This document shows positions 1 to 12,172 of a stretch of DNA of 64,000 nt, in pieces. Under the pieces are notes generated by a model, which was not told the DNA's origin, did not search any database, and worked only from the letters and a program-made list of their open reading frames with translations. The position numbers and the translations under genes are program-made. Numbering within the stretch: the stretch's first letter is position 1; every line of letters starts with the position of its first letter. The stretch comes from Blastocladiella emersonii ATCC 22665 (Eukaryota > Fungi > Blastocladiomycota), in assembly GCA_025594325.1 (NCBI GenBank), contig JANHCV010000010.1, positions 1,240,001 to 1,304,000 on the forward strand. Reading direction: 5' to 3'.

Positions 1-63
1 TTAGCCTCGGGCGCACACTGACTCTGACACCGCCACTGACACACGACGCGCGTCCGCTCATAG

Positions 64-1381
64 CAACCTCATGATCTCGCCGCAAGAGTTCCAGCACTAC
101 GCCGACCGGCTTCTCGAACACGCCATGGCCGAAAAGGCCCGCGCGCGCCTTGCCGCCGCCGCCGCCGCCACCGCCGCGGGCAACCTGTACCCGAGCCCAA
201 ACACGTCCGAGAACGAGACGCAGCAGGCGTCGCACCTCGCCGCGTCGCCCAACGCCTCGGGCGTCGCGCCTGCCGCTGAGGGCGGGTCCGCCGCGCTCGG
301 CGTCTCCACCGCGCCCACCGTCACGGCACCCATGCCGCACCCGCACCCGATGCTGCAGCAGACCACGTCGCCGACCGCCATGGCGCCGACCTCCGCCAAC
401 GCGCACCCGCCGTCGTTTGCGCCCTACCAGTCGCCGCCGCAGCACCACGCCGACGGCGGGCCAACGCGCCGCGCGCTCCCCGCGTTCACTGGGAGTGCCG
501 CCAACTCGCCCGTCATCTCTACCCCGCCACGGCAGCCTGGGCTCGGCGGCCAGCCGGGGCATTTCCCGCCGCCGCGCTCGGCGACCGCGCCCGTCGTTTC
601 TGGTGCTGGTAGCGGTGCCGGCGCACCGGGCGTCTACCCGCCACCACCATCCGCCAACCAGCACGCGCCCGTGCGGTTGCCGTACTACCCGGCCGCCTCT
701 TCTTCCTCGTCTTCTTCTCCCGCGGCACCCGGCGAGTTCCCGCCGCGGTTCCACCCGGGCCCACCACGCGCAACCGGCTCGCCTGCCCAGTCCCACGCCC
801 TGTCCATGCGCCTGCCGATCCCGACCATCTCCGCGCCCGGTTCCGGCAACGGCTCGATGCTCGTCCCACCGACGCCCGCCCCCGGCCTGCGCGGCCCGAT
901 GCCCGTGCAGCCGCAGCGCAACCCGTCGTCGCTGTACATCTCGTCGCGCACGCCGTCGCCCAACTCGGCCGCGGGGCTCGCCGCCGCCGCCGCCGGCGCA
1001 CCGATCCTCCCCGCGCTCCCGCGCATCCCGCACCTCGTCGTCCCCGGCGCCGGCGCGTTGGGGGGATCCGACCGGCTCTCGCCCAACGCCAACCCGCACC
1101 CGCTGTCCAACGTCACGACCAGCCCGGGCCACATGGTGTCGAGCCCCGGCGACATGGACGTCGCGCAGTCGCCCATGCCCGCGCACCACCGCGCCGCGTC
1201 GCCCATGGACGTCGCGATGCACGGGCATGGGCCTGCAGTGGGTGGGGGTGGCGGGGTGCCGAGTCTTCCGCGGTTCCGGTTCCAAGGGCCCGCGGCCGCG
1301 TCGCCGCTCGCGCCCGCGGGACCGGGGTATTACGGCAGCGGCCACCCGCCGGTGCAGCAGGCGTCGCCGATGCAGCAGTGA
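64..1381 (+). CDS. 3' exon of a Pro/Ala/Ser-rich low-complexity protein (gene begins upstream of the window)
   Basis: Branch-like ACTGAC and acceptor CATAG ending at 63 precede ORF 71..1381; coding-like GC3 bias; no recognisable domain. Confidence 0.6.
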
Positions 1382-1524
1382 ACGTGTTGTGTGATGTTGG
1401 GCGTGAATGCATTGCTGCGGCAGCGTTGTGTGTCCTCCCTATCCCTCTCGAGCCTTCATATTTCTACCCCACCCTCCATGATAGACCTTTCGTTACTCGC
1501 GAACAACCACATCATGTATGAACC

Positions 1525-2374
1525 CTACTGCTTCCGCGCAGCGCCCGACTGCACCACCTCCGCCAGCACGCGCGCCGGCTCGCCCAGGACGCCCGCGACC
1601 GCCGCGTCCGCGTGCACAAACAACTTCTTTCCACCCTTCTTCCCGCTCACCTCACTACCCGTCTTCGCGCTCAGCACCGCGTCCGCGTGCCACGTGCCGA
1701 AAATGACGTGGTTGGGCCGCACCGCGCCGAGCGCGACCGGCGTGTACACGCGGTGCCCGCGCAGACCTACCGTCTCGACGATCACCGGGTGCGCGGCGGC
1801 GTCAGAGGAAGGGAGCGAGGCCGCGTAGTCGGCGGCGTCGACTGCGGGGTCGCGGATTTCGTCGGCGGAGGTGGGCGCGGGCAGAGCCGAGGCGGGGGCG
1901 AGGGGCGCGTGGATCCGCGTCACGTACGACGACAGGCACCAGTGGATCAGCGACGTTGAGACGGCGGAGAAGCCGATGGCTAAACAACATGCGGTGTGTG
2001 AGCTGCGCGGCCCAAACAGTTTGTGCGGGACATGTACCAGTGCCCATCATCATGGTCTTGACCGCGTCCGAGACCACGTCCGACACGTCGATCGCGTACA
2101 CGAGCGGCGCCATGCCGAGCGTCGCGCCGAGCGACGAGATCGAGAACAGCTTCATCAGCCGCACCGTGCGCGCCAGCGGGCCCTCGTACACCTGCACGGT
2201 GCCGAGCGGGGCGCCCGTCTTGGTCGGCGTCAGCGGGAACACGGGCGTGTCCTTGGGGGAAGTTGGGGTGGTGTAGAAGCGAGCCGGCGTCAGCGGCGCG
2301 CCGCGCAGGGCCAGAGGCCGGCTGGCGAGGCGCAGCGCCGTGGAAAGCGAGGTGCGCGAGGTCGCGAGATACAT
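1525..2374 (-). CDS. TMEM70: TMEM70-family mitochondrial membrane protein, copy A (2 exons, intron 1980..2037)
   Basis: Arg/Ser-rich presequence, VYEGPLARTVRLMKLFSISS and spliced STSLIHWCLSSYVTRIH resemble the TMEM70 core (IYxG.LAR.V...K.FS.ST / LLHF.TK.YV.RL); GTACAT...TTTAG intron restores frame. Confidence 0.7.
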
Positions 2375-2574
2375 GGTTGGCCGGTTGCGGGTGTGGAGAG
2401 GAAGGAAGCGAGGCCGCGAAAGAGAGGAGAGAAAAAACGAGGGATCAACATGCGTCACGTTGTTGGCGCCGCGAGGCGCAGTGCGTTGCGACGTCGTTCT
2501 GCACTCGTCCAACGCCCCTCCCTCTTCTCCCTCGAACCAAGGGAACTTGCTTGAACGCAAGAATGGAAGACACC

Positions 2575-4130
2575 ATGAACGAATTCAATGCATGCACCGG
2601 CCTCGACGGCCTACTCGCCTGCCTGGGCGACACGGTGCGGGAACACCGCGTTCCTCGACATGTGGGTCGAGCTGGGCCTGCCGCTCGACCACCGCTACTT
2701 GACGTTCAATGACCCGGTCAAGAACGGCGATCTCTTGATGCTCGAGTGGTGGCACGACTCGGGCGAGCTCGATTCGCGCGATCGCTACTTGTCAACAACG
2801 TACCCGACTACGCACTGCTCGCTCTCGGGTTCGCGGTGCGCGAGGATGGCGAGCCGTACACGCGATCACAGGTGCGGTCCGTGCCGCCGCCGCCCGTCGT
2901 GGATGCCGCTGCGCGCGCCGCGTGCGCTGGGATTGCGGATGGGACTACGACGGAGCTCGTGCTGACGCTGGCACCTGTTTCGGGCGCGGGGGTTGAGGAG
3001 CTCAGTCTTGCGATGGAGAGCCCGGCGCAGGCGCTGCAGTCGGTTGAGCTTGACCGGTGCACCATCGATCCGGCTCGTCTGAATGCGCTCCGTCTGTCTG
3101 AGTTGGTGCACACCTTGCGAATCAAACATCGTTGGCTCTGCACAAACCGGCCGATTGAAGCAGTGCGGTGGTCGCCGCATCTCACGAAGATCTCGCTAGA
3201 CGATCTTCGACTGGCGACAGCGGAGACGGTGATTGCGGTCTTTGCGCACCTCCCACCAACTCTGGTCACGCTCGAGCTCGCCAACTGCACCGTCGAGAAG
3301 GGCCTTGCCGAGACCGTTGCGCGGGCTCTCCCTGCGGACCTGAAAGTGTTGAAGCTTGAGCGGACCAATCTTACCTGTGGCGACTTTGTGACCATGGCGC
3401 CGCTTCTCCCAAGCTCGCTCCAGGTGCTCCACCTCGCGAGCGACAAGCACATGCTCGATGCGCCGAAGCATTTCGCCGAGTCCCAGTGGTCGTTTCCCAC
3501 GGGCCTCAAGTCGGTCGTCATGCACGACGCCCGGTTCAGCAACGCGGGCGCACTCGTCCTCGCCAACTCACTCCCGCCAGGGCTCGAAGCCCTTCGCCTG
3601 GACGAGTGCTACACCATGTCCCGGTACATGTCGCAGCTCTTTGAATCCCTGCCCGCGTCGCTCCGCACGCTGAAGCTGAAGCGCGTGTTCCTGAACCAGG
3701 ACCACGTCGAAACCCTCCTCACACGGCTCCCGTCCGCGCTCGAGACGTTGGCGGTGCGGGATATCAGCCCGGTGCACTGCCAGATGTTCAAGGTTGTCCC
3801 GGTCTTCCCCGCGTCGCTGAAGCGGCTTCGACTTGATCATCTGGGGCTAGAGCCAACCTTGCTCGTCAAGTCGATCCCAACGCGGCTCGAGACGCTTGCG
3901 CTTCGGACGTCCATGATCGGTGTGTCCGTGATCAAATCACTGTTGCGGTGTCTCTCGCCGACCTTGGTCAAACTGGAATTGTCCGAGAACCCGCTTGGCG
4001 ACGCGGGCGTGATCCTGCTCGCGCGCAGCGTGGACTTGTGAAGCTCAAGCTGGTTGAGTGCGATGTCGGGTCCCGCGGCGTCGGCGCGATCCGGAATGTG
4101 GCGCCTGGTGGGATGTTGCTGGTTGTGTAA
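2575..4130 (+). pseudogene. Ankyrin-like/RNI-type LRR gene, subfamily A copy 1 (N-terminal deletion, frameshifts near 2790 and 4030)
   Basis: GNTAFLDMWVELGLP/LLMLEWWHDSG motifs in one frame, LPxxLxxLxL repeats in ORF 2746..4041, last repeat GLVKLKLVECDV in another frame; paralogous to 5361..8077 (shared VDAAARAACAGIA). Confidence 0.75.
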
Positions 4131-4297
4131 GCTACGGAGACGAGGAATAGTGATCGGAGTACATCACGTGAAATGAACGCGAAACCTGAAACGCGACGCG
4201 ACGGCACTCGGCATGCTCCGTTCCTCCTTCACCGACTCCTCGCTTTGTCCGCAGGTTTATATATACATTTCAAACCCTTTCTCTTGTCGCGCCAAAC

Positions 4298-5195
4298 CTA
4301 AAACATCTTCTTCTTCTTCCCCATGAGAGCCCTGTCCAAGGGGAGCTGGAAGTTGACGAGGTGCGCGAGCGGGATCGCGGCCGCGCCAAGCCGGCCCAGC
4401 TCGGCTTCCTTGCTGTGCACAAAGAACGTTTCCTCCTTGCCCGGGACCACCTTTCCCGTCTCGGGATCAAGCACCGCGTTGGCGTGCCACTCCCCAATCA
4501 GGTACTTGTCGCGACGGCGACCCACCTGGTCTTCGGAGCGGAGATCGCCCAGTCGGACGGGCGTGTACACGCGTTGGCCCCACAGGCCGACGGTCTCCAT
4601 GATGACCGGGTACGCCGCGGCCTTCTTTGGCGGGCAACACGCGGCGACGTAGTCGGCCGCCTCGAACGCCTCGTCGCCCACCGCATGCGGCAGCAGCGGG
4701 TCGGCGGGTGCCACGGGAAGGTGGATGCGCGTCACGTACGACGACAGCACGTAGTGGGCGAACGCTGTTGAGGCTGCCGTGAGGTCGATTGCTACATTCA
4801 TTACATCTAGTTTAGCTTACATCGCTGGCTGGATCAAGCATGGATCCGCGCGCCGTACCAGTGCCAACCACCATAGGCTTCGCCGTGTCCGGGACCACCG
4901 CCGAGACGTCGATTGCGGACGCAGCGAGCGACACGCCCAGCGACGAGATCGCGAGCAGCCGCAGGCCGCGAACGAGGTGCACCATTGGCGCTTCGTAAAC
5001 TTGCACGGTTCCTAGCGGGGAGCACGTCTCGGTAGGCCTCAGCGGGAACACGGGCGTGGCCTTGGAGGTCGCCTTGCGCTTCGAGAAGTGGCGGTGGTGA
5101 TGGGCCATCGGAAGCAGGGCGGGACGCATAGCCCGTGTGTGGCCGGCGAGACGCAGAGTCGTTTGCATGGTGTTGCGTGTAGACGCGAGATACAT
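4298..5195 (-). CDS. TMEM70: TMEM70-family protein, diverged copy B (2 exons, intron 4792..4858)
   Basis: Colinear with copy A (PLGTVQVYE, LSSYVTRIH, ETVGLxGxRVYTPV); same intron position and phase; first hydrophobic segment shortened. Confidence 0.65.
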
Positions 5196-5801
5196 GGTGA
5201 TCAAGTAGGACAGCACGAAGGAGAGCTGGTCGATGAGGTCGAGAGGGGCAGAAAAGTGATCGACGCGAGCATCAGGTGTCCAACGCGACGAACGAAAAGC
5301 TGTGCTGCGCTCGCGGACGGTTCACGCTCTCCCTCCCTCAGACTCGCCGCACGCGACACCATGAATGAAGCCCATGAATCTACCGCGACTCGCCGCAGCG
5401 CAGGTTTCCGCGCTGCCCACGTTTCCAAGATCATCGAGCGGATCTTGCTTTACGCGGTGCACGGTACCAACCGGTCCGGCGTCCGCCAGGTCATGCAATA
5501 TGCGCGGGTGATGCCGCACGCACTCGTGCCACGAGTCCAGCGTGCGATCTTGCTGCGTACGCCCTGCTTCTCCAGGTCCCACGCGACCGCTAGCGGCGCC
5601 ATCGCGGTGCTCGACCGCAGGGCCGCTCTTGGCCTCCCGCAAAAACCGGTTTTCCTCGAGCTGTTCTGCGCCGGTGACAATGGAAACTTGCTTTCTCTCG
5701 AGTGGTGGCGCGGCACCGGAACGCTGAACCCAAACTCGCCCGACTTTGACCTCTTGCTCCGTAACCCGGCGACTTGCGTTGCGCTGGGGATTGGGTGGCG
5801 G

Positions 5802-6844
5802 TGTGAGTGGGTGGCTCGCTCCCTGTCTACACGCTTCCTCCTCTCTCTTTTTTCTGTCTCGCACGCTGTCTCGCATATCGCACGTGATGTGGCGCCGCCG
5901 ACCATCCGATCGCGCCTTCTCACACACCCCAGCCCCGTTCCGCCGCTACCCCGTGTTCCTCATCTCGGCCGTGTTCACCCGCCGTGCCACTCGGCGCATC
6001 ACGCGCTGCGTCCCCGCCCGTGTACCGACCCTCAACTCGCGTGCTCGCGCGCTTCTCGCCCCATGATCCCGCGCCGTGTGCCCCAACCCGCTCGGCCCGC
6101 TCGCGCCGTGCCCCAAGATCATCTGCCCATCCTGTTCGACTCGATCGTCGCTGCCGCACCGCAGTGCTCGGCGCCCCTCGCCCGCCTCCGCCAGCAGCGG
6201 CCTCGCCTCGCCCACGACCACGATAAGTACCGGCCGCCGCCCGCGCCCTGGCGTTGGTCGGCACCCTCGTTGTGCTGGACCTTCTGCCTCTTCGCCGCGT
6301 CGGGTCGGTTCGCGGTCGTGATCCAGGTCTGTCTACATCAAGCTCTTCGCCCAGTCTCGCTCCGCTCGTCACCGCGGTGCCCTGTCCCTTGTCGCCCTGC
6401 TCTACCATTTCGCTCTTCCCGCCATCCTCGCTCTCTCTCCTGTCTCTCTGGCCGCGCTGGCCGTGATCGTCGTCACCCCGCGCTCCCCGCCTCTCACCCG
6501 TTCTCCGTCTCTACACCGACGCCGCTGCCGTCGCCGTGTTCGCTCTCCCTCCCCTCTCGATCGTGGAAGTCCCTCGCGTACTGTTCATATATCTGACCCT
6601 CGTTGTGCTGGACCTTCTGCCTCTTCGCCGCGTCGGGTCGGTTCGCGGTCGTGATCCAGTCGTGGCCGCGGATCTATTCTCTAGTGTTTGCGCTGCCGCC
6701 ACCATCGGGAACCTCTGCCGCGGAAGGTTACGTTCCGTGGTCGCGCCGCGCCGTCTTCTCGTCTTCTCGTCTTCTCGTATACACGGCGACCGAGATCCAC
6801 CCCCTCGCACTACTTCGTCGTCGCGAACGATCCCTGAACTCTCA
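5802..6844. mobile_element. Solo-LTR-like insertion, 1043 bp
   Basis: Termini TGTGAG...CTCTCA (TG...CA, 5/6 inverted match) flanked by direct repeat GCGG (5798-5801, 6845-6848); non-coding pyrimidine-rich interior. Confidence 0.75.
6263..6659 (+). repeat. 64-bp exact direct repeat inside the solo LTR (6263-6326 and 6596-6659)
   Basis: ACCCTCGTTGTGCTGGACC...GGTCGTGATCCAG read identically twice. Confidence 0.9.
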
Positions 6845-8614
6845 GCGGGCAACTGGAAATGGCCTGCCCGTCCACGTTGTGTCTTCGGAGGTTGACGCTG
6901 CGGCCCGCGCTGCGTGTGCGGGAATCGCAGCGGGAACCGCGAACCGGCTTGTCCTCCAGTACGAGCCCATTATGCGAGCTGGTATCGACGCACTCAATGT
7001 CGCCATGAAGAGCCCTACGCAAGCGCTATTCTGTGTCGAATTCGACAACTGCACCATCGATCTACCGCGACTGCGAGCGCTCCAGCTTCCTGAATCGGTC
7101 AAGACTCTCCGCTTCACGCATTTGTGGCTCCGCGCAAACTCTCCAGCGGACCCTGTTTGTTGGTCAAGTCACCTCAAGGCACTCGTTCTCAGAAAGTTGA
7201 ATCTCACGACCGTGGCCGCGGCTACTACGATCGTTTTACGTCTTCCTGCAGGACTTGACGCCCTTGAGCTCAGCTTCTGTCGGCTAAACGATGAAGCCCT
7301 TGTTGTTTTCACGCATGCCCTCCCCGGAACTCTCAAGGAGCTTATCCTGAAATGCAACGGTCTCACGGCAGACCAGCTCGCTGTCCTTTGTCTGTCGCTG
7401 CCGCCCACGCTCAAACTCCTCAACTTGGGCGGAGCAGGTAATTGGGATATCAGCGGGATCAATCGTCACCGTTACGATGGACCTTTCCGAACGGCCTCAC
7501 ATCACTCTCTTTAAAAAGCAGCGCCCTCGAGCAAGTAGGGACGCGCGCGTTGATCCATTCTCTTCCCACTGTGCTCCAGCATTTGGGCCTCAACTACTGC
7601 TCGCTCGCGCCAGACCAGCTGCCTGCGCTCTTTGCTCGCCTCCCCGCGTCCCTCAAATCGTTGGAACTCCAGCTCCAGTACCTTTCGGCCGTGCACCTTC
7701 ACGTGCTCCTCACACAACCTCCACCAAGACTCGAGTCTTTGTCTATGAGCGCAGCAGGCCTGTGCCTGGTCAAGTCGAGTGTTGGAGCTACCGATTGCTC
7801 GCTACTCGCCAAACACATGCCGCCGCACCTCACGCATCTCCGCATCTTCCAAACGGAGATTGACAACGCGGCGCTTGAGCATCTCCTCCCCAAGCTGCCG
7901 CCTTCGCTGGGCACGCTCGGTCTCTCGCAAAACCCGATCAGCGATGAAGGCGCCATCCGCTTGGCCCAGTTTACTCCGCCTTCTCTGACCTGGATCGACT
8001 TGAACGGGTGTAACGTCACGCAAGTCGGCCTCGAGGCGGTGCGCGCTGCGATGCGGGACGGAAAGTGCCTCGGGTAGCCGTTGTTTTGACAGGGGACCGA
8101 GTCTATAAACACACTTTCTTCATTCGGCTACGTCGATGGGAAGGCCCGCCGTTGTTCGCGGGCCGACGCGTCGGACCCGCGAGACGCGTCTCGCGCCTGG
8201 GTCACATGATATTCGCGTCACCTGACCCAATTCGCGTCTCGCGGCTTGGCCGTCGCGGGCCGAGATTGCGGGCGCGCCGCAGTGCTCCCCTCAATCGATG
8301 AGAAATATCTCGGCGCAAGGGACTCGCCTGACTTCTCCATGTAACGCTGCCGCCGAGCGCGACCCCAGGGTGTTGCGAGCCGACATAGACCACGGAGCGT
8401 CGCCTCTCTCCTCCCCCGTCCACCCCTGAACAAACCACGCCATCCATCAAGTCGCATTACGTGCTGGACACGTCTGCGCGCAACCAAGATCTAGACTGTC
8501 GAGCGAGCGTGTACACCATCATCAAGTACGGCGACCGTAGCTTTCGAGGTTTCGCGAGCGCCCGACCCTGACCACTGTCGGTCGTCTAGGAACCCGTCGT
8601 TAGATCGATCAACC

Positions 8615-11600
8615 ATGCCATCGAGCGCTCAGCAGGCCGGCCTGGCGCCGCAGCCGCACCAGAGCGCGAAATTCCTCTCAGCCAGGACGGCCAAGGCGCT
8701 GCTTGGCAGCTCGCTCAAGATCAGCGCCGAGGCCGTGCTCGCCGCCAACGTGCTGCTCAAGACGATCCTGGTCGCCTGGATCCACCGCGGATGCTCGCGG
8801 TGCCCCGGCGCGCCGCTCGTCCCGCAGCACATCGAGCCCGTCGTCGGCACGGTGCTGGGCAAGGACGTGTGCGACCGCGCCATCGCCGCAGGCAAGACCG
8901 CCATGGCCGACCCTGAACTCCGCACGCTCATCCCGCTCCCCGCGACGGGCCAGGTCGTCCTCGAGTCGGTCCCGCCCGCGTACTCGGCGCCCACCGCGAT
9001 CCCGGACATCACGCTCAACTACCTCAACGCCGCGCTGGACGCGGTCGCCGGGTACATGTTCCTCGCGCTCGCCGCGCACTGCGACGGCCAGGGACTCTCG
9101 GCGGTCCGCGTCGAGGAGCTCGCGCTCGTCGTGTCGCGCGACTTTGGCTTCGCGCCCGCCTTCGCCCAGCTGCGGTGGAAGGACATCCTCGACCAGATGA
9201 TGGTCGCGTCGCCCACGTCGTCCACGCCGTCGGTCGCGCTCGCCGCCCAGGCCCAGGCCACGGCCGCGGCGCCGGTACCCGGCGCGCTCGACATGCAGGT
9301 CCAGGCGCTGCTCGAGGACTCGACGACGCCGACCTCGGCCCCGGCGAGCGCTGGCGCTGGCGTCTCGCAGTCATCGCCCGCGGGCACCGGCAGCACATTC
9401 ACGGGTGGGCTCGAGCGGACCAAGTCGTGGCGCGGCCGCAAACCCTCGGGCCACGCGTCGGCGAACCACCCGGTCCAGGTGCCCGCGGGCGCGCTCGACG
9501 AGTTCGAGGAGCTGTTGCAGTCCAAGGGCACCAAGAAGATCACGCTGACGCCCGACCGGATCCGCACCATGGAGGCCGACAACGGCGGCGCTGGGTCACG
9601 GCCAGGAACGGCTGGGAGTACCGAGGCCGCGTCGCCGTCTACGCCGACGCGACCGGGCATGTCGCCGTACCGCCAGTCGACACTCAACACGTCGGCCGCC
9701 ATGGTCGACGCGGTCGGGTACAACGGCGGTGGGGACGACGCGGCGCCCATCGACCCGAGCCGCATGTCGTACGCGGGCAACAGCGAGGTCAGCGTCACGT
9801 CCGAAGACGAGGCGCTCGGGCTCAAGCCGTCGCGCAAGCCCGTGCGCACGCACGCCAAGGAGCTCGCCGACTTCCTCACGACGCCGCCGACGCAGCCCGT
9901 CTCGCTCACGTCCAGCCTCGACGGCTCGGCCGCGGGTGCGGCTGCCTCCGCGGCGGCGGCGGGCGGCGACAAGAAGAAGCGCGGGATTCTGGCCATGCTG
10001 CGCGGCAAGTCCAAGGACCGCAAGGACAAGTCTCGCGAGGACATTTCGTCGCCGCTCGGGTCCAGCGCGGGTAACTCGTCGGGCCACCTGCCCCTGTCCG
10101 CGTCGGTCGGCAACCTGCACCCGTCCGGCGGTTCGACGATCCCGCGCAACTTTGGCAGCACCCAGCGCCAGCACGAGGTGACGCCGGCCGGCCTGCCGCC
10201 GGGCATGGATAACCCGCGGTACCGCCTCGTCCCCGGCAGCAACGAGGTGGTGCCCATCGACTCGGACCTCTCGACGTCGCCGGTGGGCAGCGCGCGCAGC
10301 GGGAGCAGCGCTGCGGGCAGCGGTGGACCGTCAATCCCGGCAGCGCTCGCGGCCGACCGCGTCGCACGGCCGGGCACGGCGCCGCTCACGGCCGACGCGA
10401 CCGGTGTTCCGCTCCGCGCCACCACACCGTCCAACGACCCGCGCCAGCGCCCGCGGTCGCGGTCCATGACTAACCCGGCCGACCAGCAGCACCACTCGGC
10501 CGCCTACTTTGCTCCGACCGGCGCTCCAGCTCCCGCGCCGCCAGTACCGGCACCAGCACTCCCACCATCTCTCCCTCGATCGCACGCGCCCATCTCCCGG
10601 CCCGCGGCAGACGTGGTTCCCTCGTCGTCGGCGCCGCAGCGGACCGAGTACTACTCGCTGAGCACGCACGCGCTCGCGGCGCAGCAGGCCGACGAGTTCC
10701 GCGCCAGCAGCGCGCCGCACGCGCCAGTCTCGCGGCTCGAGTCGGCCGCGACGCCCGTCGTTGACCTCGTCCGCGTCCCAACGACCACGAGCACGCGCAG
10801 CGCCAGCACGACGCGGACGGGCGAGAGTCTTGACGTCGTCGCCATGTACGCCGAGTCGCCCGGCCCGCTCCCGCACGACCCGCCACCGCCGCCTCCACCG
10901 GCGCAGGAGCAGCGCCGCGCCGTGTCGCCGCCCAAGGTCAACCCGCTCACGTCGGCGGCCTCGGACCCGACGCTCGTCGCGCCGCCCAAGTCGGCCCTGC
11001 GCAGCGCGACCGAGCCCAAATACCCGCCGCCCCCGCCGCCGTCCTCGTCGTCGTCGGCCGCGATCCACAGCAGCGTGTACAAGCACTTTGCCCCGCGCCA
11101 GGAATCGATGCGGCCGGCGTCCATGGTCAGCTCGGTCGTCACGGTCGACTCGCGGATCACGGCGCTGCGCGTTGCCGCGCTGCCGGCCAGCGCGGCCGAG
11201 GCGCTCGCCGTGATCAAGGCGGGCGGGCCGTCGGGCACCCCGCCCGTGCGTCGTGGGAGCGCGCCGACGACGACGTCCGAGGCCGAGGCGCTGGCCGCCG
11301 AAAACGCGGGCAAGTCGTCGCCTTCAGCGTCCGGCACCCTCGCCGCCGCCACCTTGGCGTCCAAGCTCAGGCAGGTCTCGGCGCCCCCGCGCACCCGCGC
11401 GAGCACCATGGGTCCACCCGTCGGCGCGCACTACCCACCGCCACCACCCCCGCCGGCACTCCGGTCGACGCCGATCCCGCCGCACATCGAGCGGCGCGAC
11501 TCGGACCTCGACCTGATCCCGCGCGGCGATACGGCGAGTCCCGCGAGCAGCATCAACTCGGCGGCCGGCGGCGGCGCAGGCGGTACTGTGGTCTCGCTGC

Positions 11601-12145
11601 TGTCGACGGACGGGTCCGAGCACGCGGTGCGGCGCGGGTCCGGCGCGTCCGACACGCCGCACTTCCCGCGGCGCGAGGCGAGTATCGACCGCAACCTCAA
11701 CATGATCGACCGGTCTGCGTCCCCCGCACCCACGCGGTCGGCGGCCCTACAAGATCCCGAGCACCACCAGCAGCATCAGCAGCAGCTGAAGATCGAGCTG
11801 CCGCCACTCCCGGATAACCTCGCGACGCTGCCGCGCGCCGAGCTGATCTCGCTCATCCACGTCCTGCACAACGAGGTCAAGACGGCGCACACCGAGGTCG
11901 AGAACGCGCGCGCGGCGCGCATCGCGGACAAGGCCAAGTTCGACGGCATCGCGTACAAGGTGACCAAGAAGATCGACTTCCTCAAGGGCGTCGTGGCGGC
12001 GCGCGACGCCGAGCTTGAGGAGACGAAGCGCAACGCCGAGGCCGTCCAGGAACGGCTCAACTCGGTGCTTGGCGTGCTCGCCGAGGTGATGCCGGGGCTG
12101 CTCCCGGACTCGGCCGCCGGGGGCGCGGCCAAGGCGCGGAAGTAG
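8615..12145 (+). CDS. 1176-aa protein: helical (possibly histone-fold-like) N-terminus, long disordered middle, C-terminal coiled coil
   Basis: Single long ORF with strong GC3 bias; motifs FEELLQSKGTKKITLTPDRIRTME and AKELADFL; heptad-rich C-terminus. Fold assignment is from recollection only. Confidence 0.7.
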   Translation: MPSSAQQAGLAPQPHQSAKFLSARTAKALLGSSLKISAEAVLAANVLLKTILVAWIHRGCSRCPGAPLVPQHIEPVVGTVLGKDVCDRAIAAGKTAMADPELRTLIPLPATGQVVLESVPPAYSAPTAIPDITLNYLNAALDAVAGYMFLALAAHCDGQGLSAVRVEELALVVSRDFGFAPAFAQLRWKDILDQMMVASPTSSTPSVALAAQAQATAAAPVPGALDMQVQALLEDSTTPTSAPASAGAGVSQSSPAGTGSTFTGGLERTKSWRGRKPSGHASANHPVQVPAGALDEFEELLQSKGTKKITLTPDRIRTMEADNGGAGSRPGTAGSTEAASPSTPTRPGMSPYRQSTLNTSAAMVDAVGYNGGGDDAAPIDPSRMSYAGNSEVSVTSEDEALGLKPSRKPVRTHAKELADFLTTPPTQPVSLTSSLDGSAAGAAASAAAAGGDKKKRGILAMLRGKSKDRKDKSREDISSPLGSSAGNSSGHLPLSASVGNLHPSGGSTIPRNFGSTQRQHEVTPAGLPPGMDNPRYRLVPGSNEVVPIDSDLSTSPVGSARSGSSAAGSGGPSIPAALAADRVARPGTAPLTADATGVPLRATTPSNDPRQRPRSRSMTNPADQQHHSAAYFAPTGAPAPAPPVPAPALPPSLPRSHAPISRPAADVVPSSSAPQRTEYYSLSTHALAAQQADEFRASSAPHAPVSRLESAATPVVDLVRVPTTTSTRSASTTRTGESLDVVAMYAESPGPLPHDPPPPPPPAQEQRRAVSPPKVNPLTSAASDPTLVAPPKSALRSATEPKYPPPPPPSSSSSAAIHSSVYKHFAPRQESMRPASMVSSVVTVDSRITALRVAALPASAAEALAVIKAGGPSGTPPVRRGSAPTTTSEAEALAAENAGKSSPSASGTLAAATLASKLRQVSAPPRTRASTMGPPVGAHYPPPPPPPALRSTPIPPHIERRDSDLDLIPRGDTASPASSINSAAGGGAGGTVVSLLSTDGSEHAVRRGSGASDTPHFPRREASIDRNLNMIDRSASPAPTRSAALQDPEHHQQHQQQLKIELPPLPDNLATLPRAELISLIHVLHNEVKTAHTEVENARAARIADKAKFDGIAYKVTKKIDFLKGVVAARDAELEETKRNAEAVQERLNSVLGVLAEVMPGLLPDSAAGGAAKARK

Positions 12146-12172
12146 TTGGTTTGATACATAAGATGCCTAGAC

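Larger units (their letters stand above)
5361..8077 (+). pseudogene. F-box-like/ankyrin-like/LRR gene, subfamily A copy 2, disrupted by the 5802..6844 insertion and a frameshift near 7440-7480
   Basis: MNEAHES...KIIERILLYAV...LLSLEWWRGTG; removing the insertion plus one TSD copy gives in-frame ALGIGWR-ATGNGLP; LRRs continue in ORFs 6603..7514 and 7442..8077. Confidence 0.8.

Noticed and set aside
5803-6845. Interpreting the LRR insertion as a 1-kb intron (GTGAGT...CAG)
   Set aside because: Donor and acceptor phases do not match; TG...CA ends plus the TSD explain it exactly
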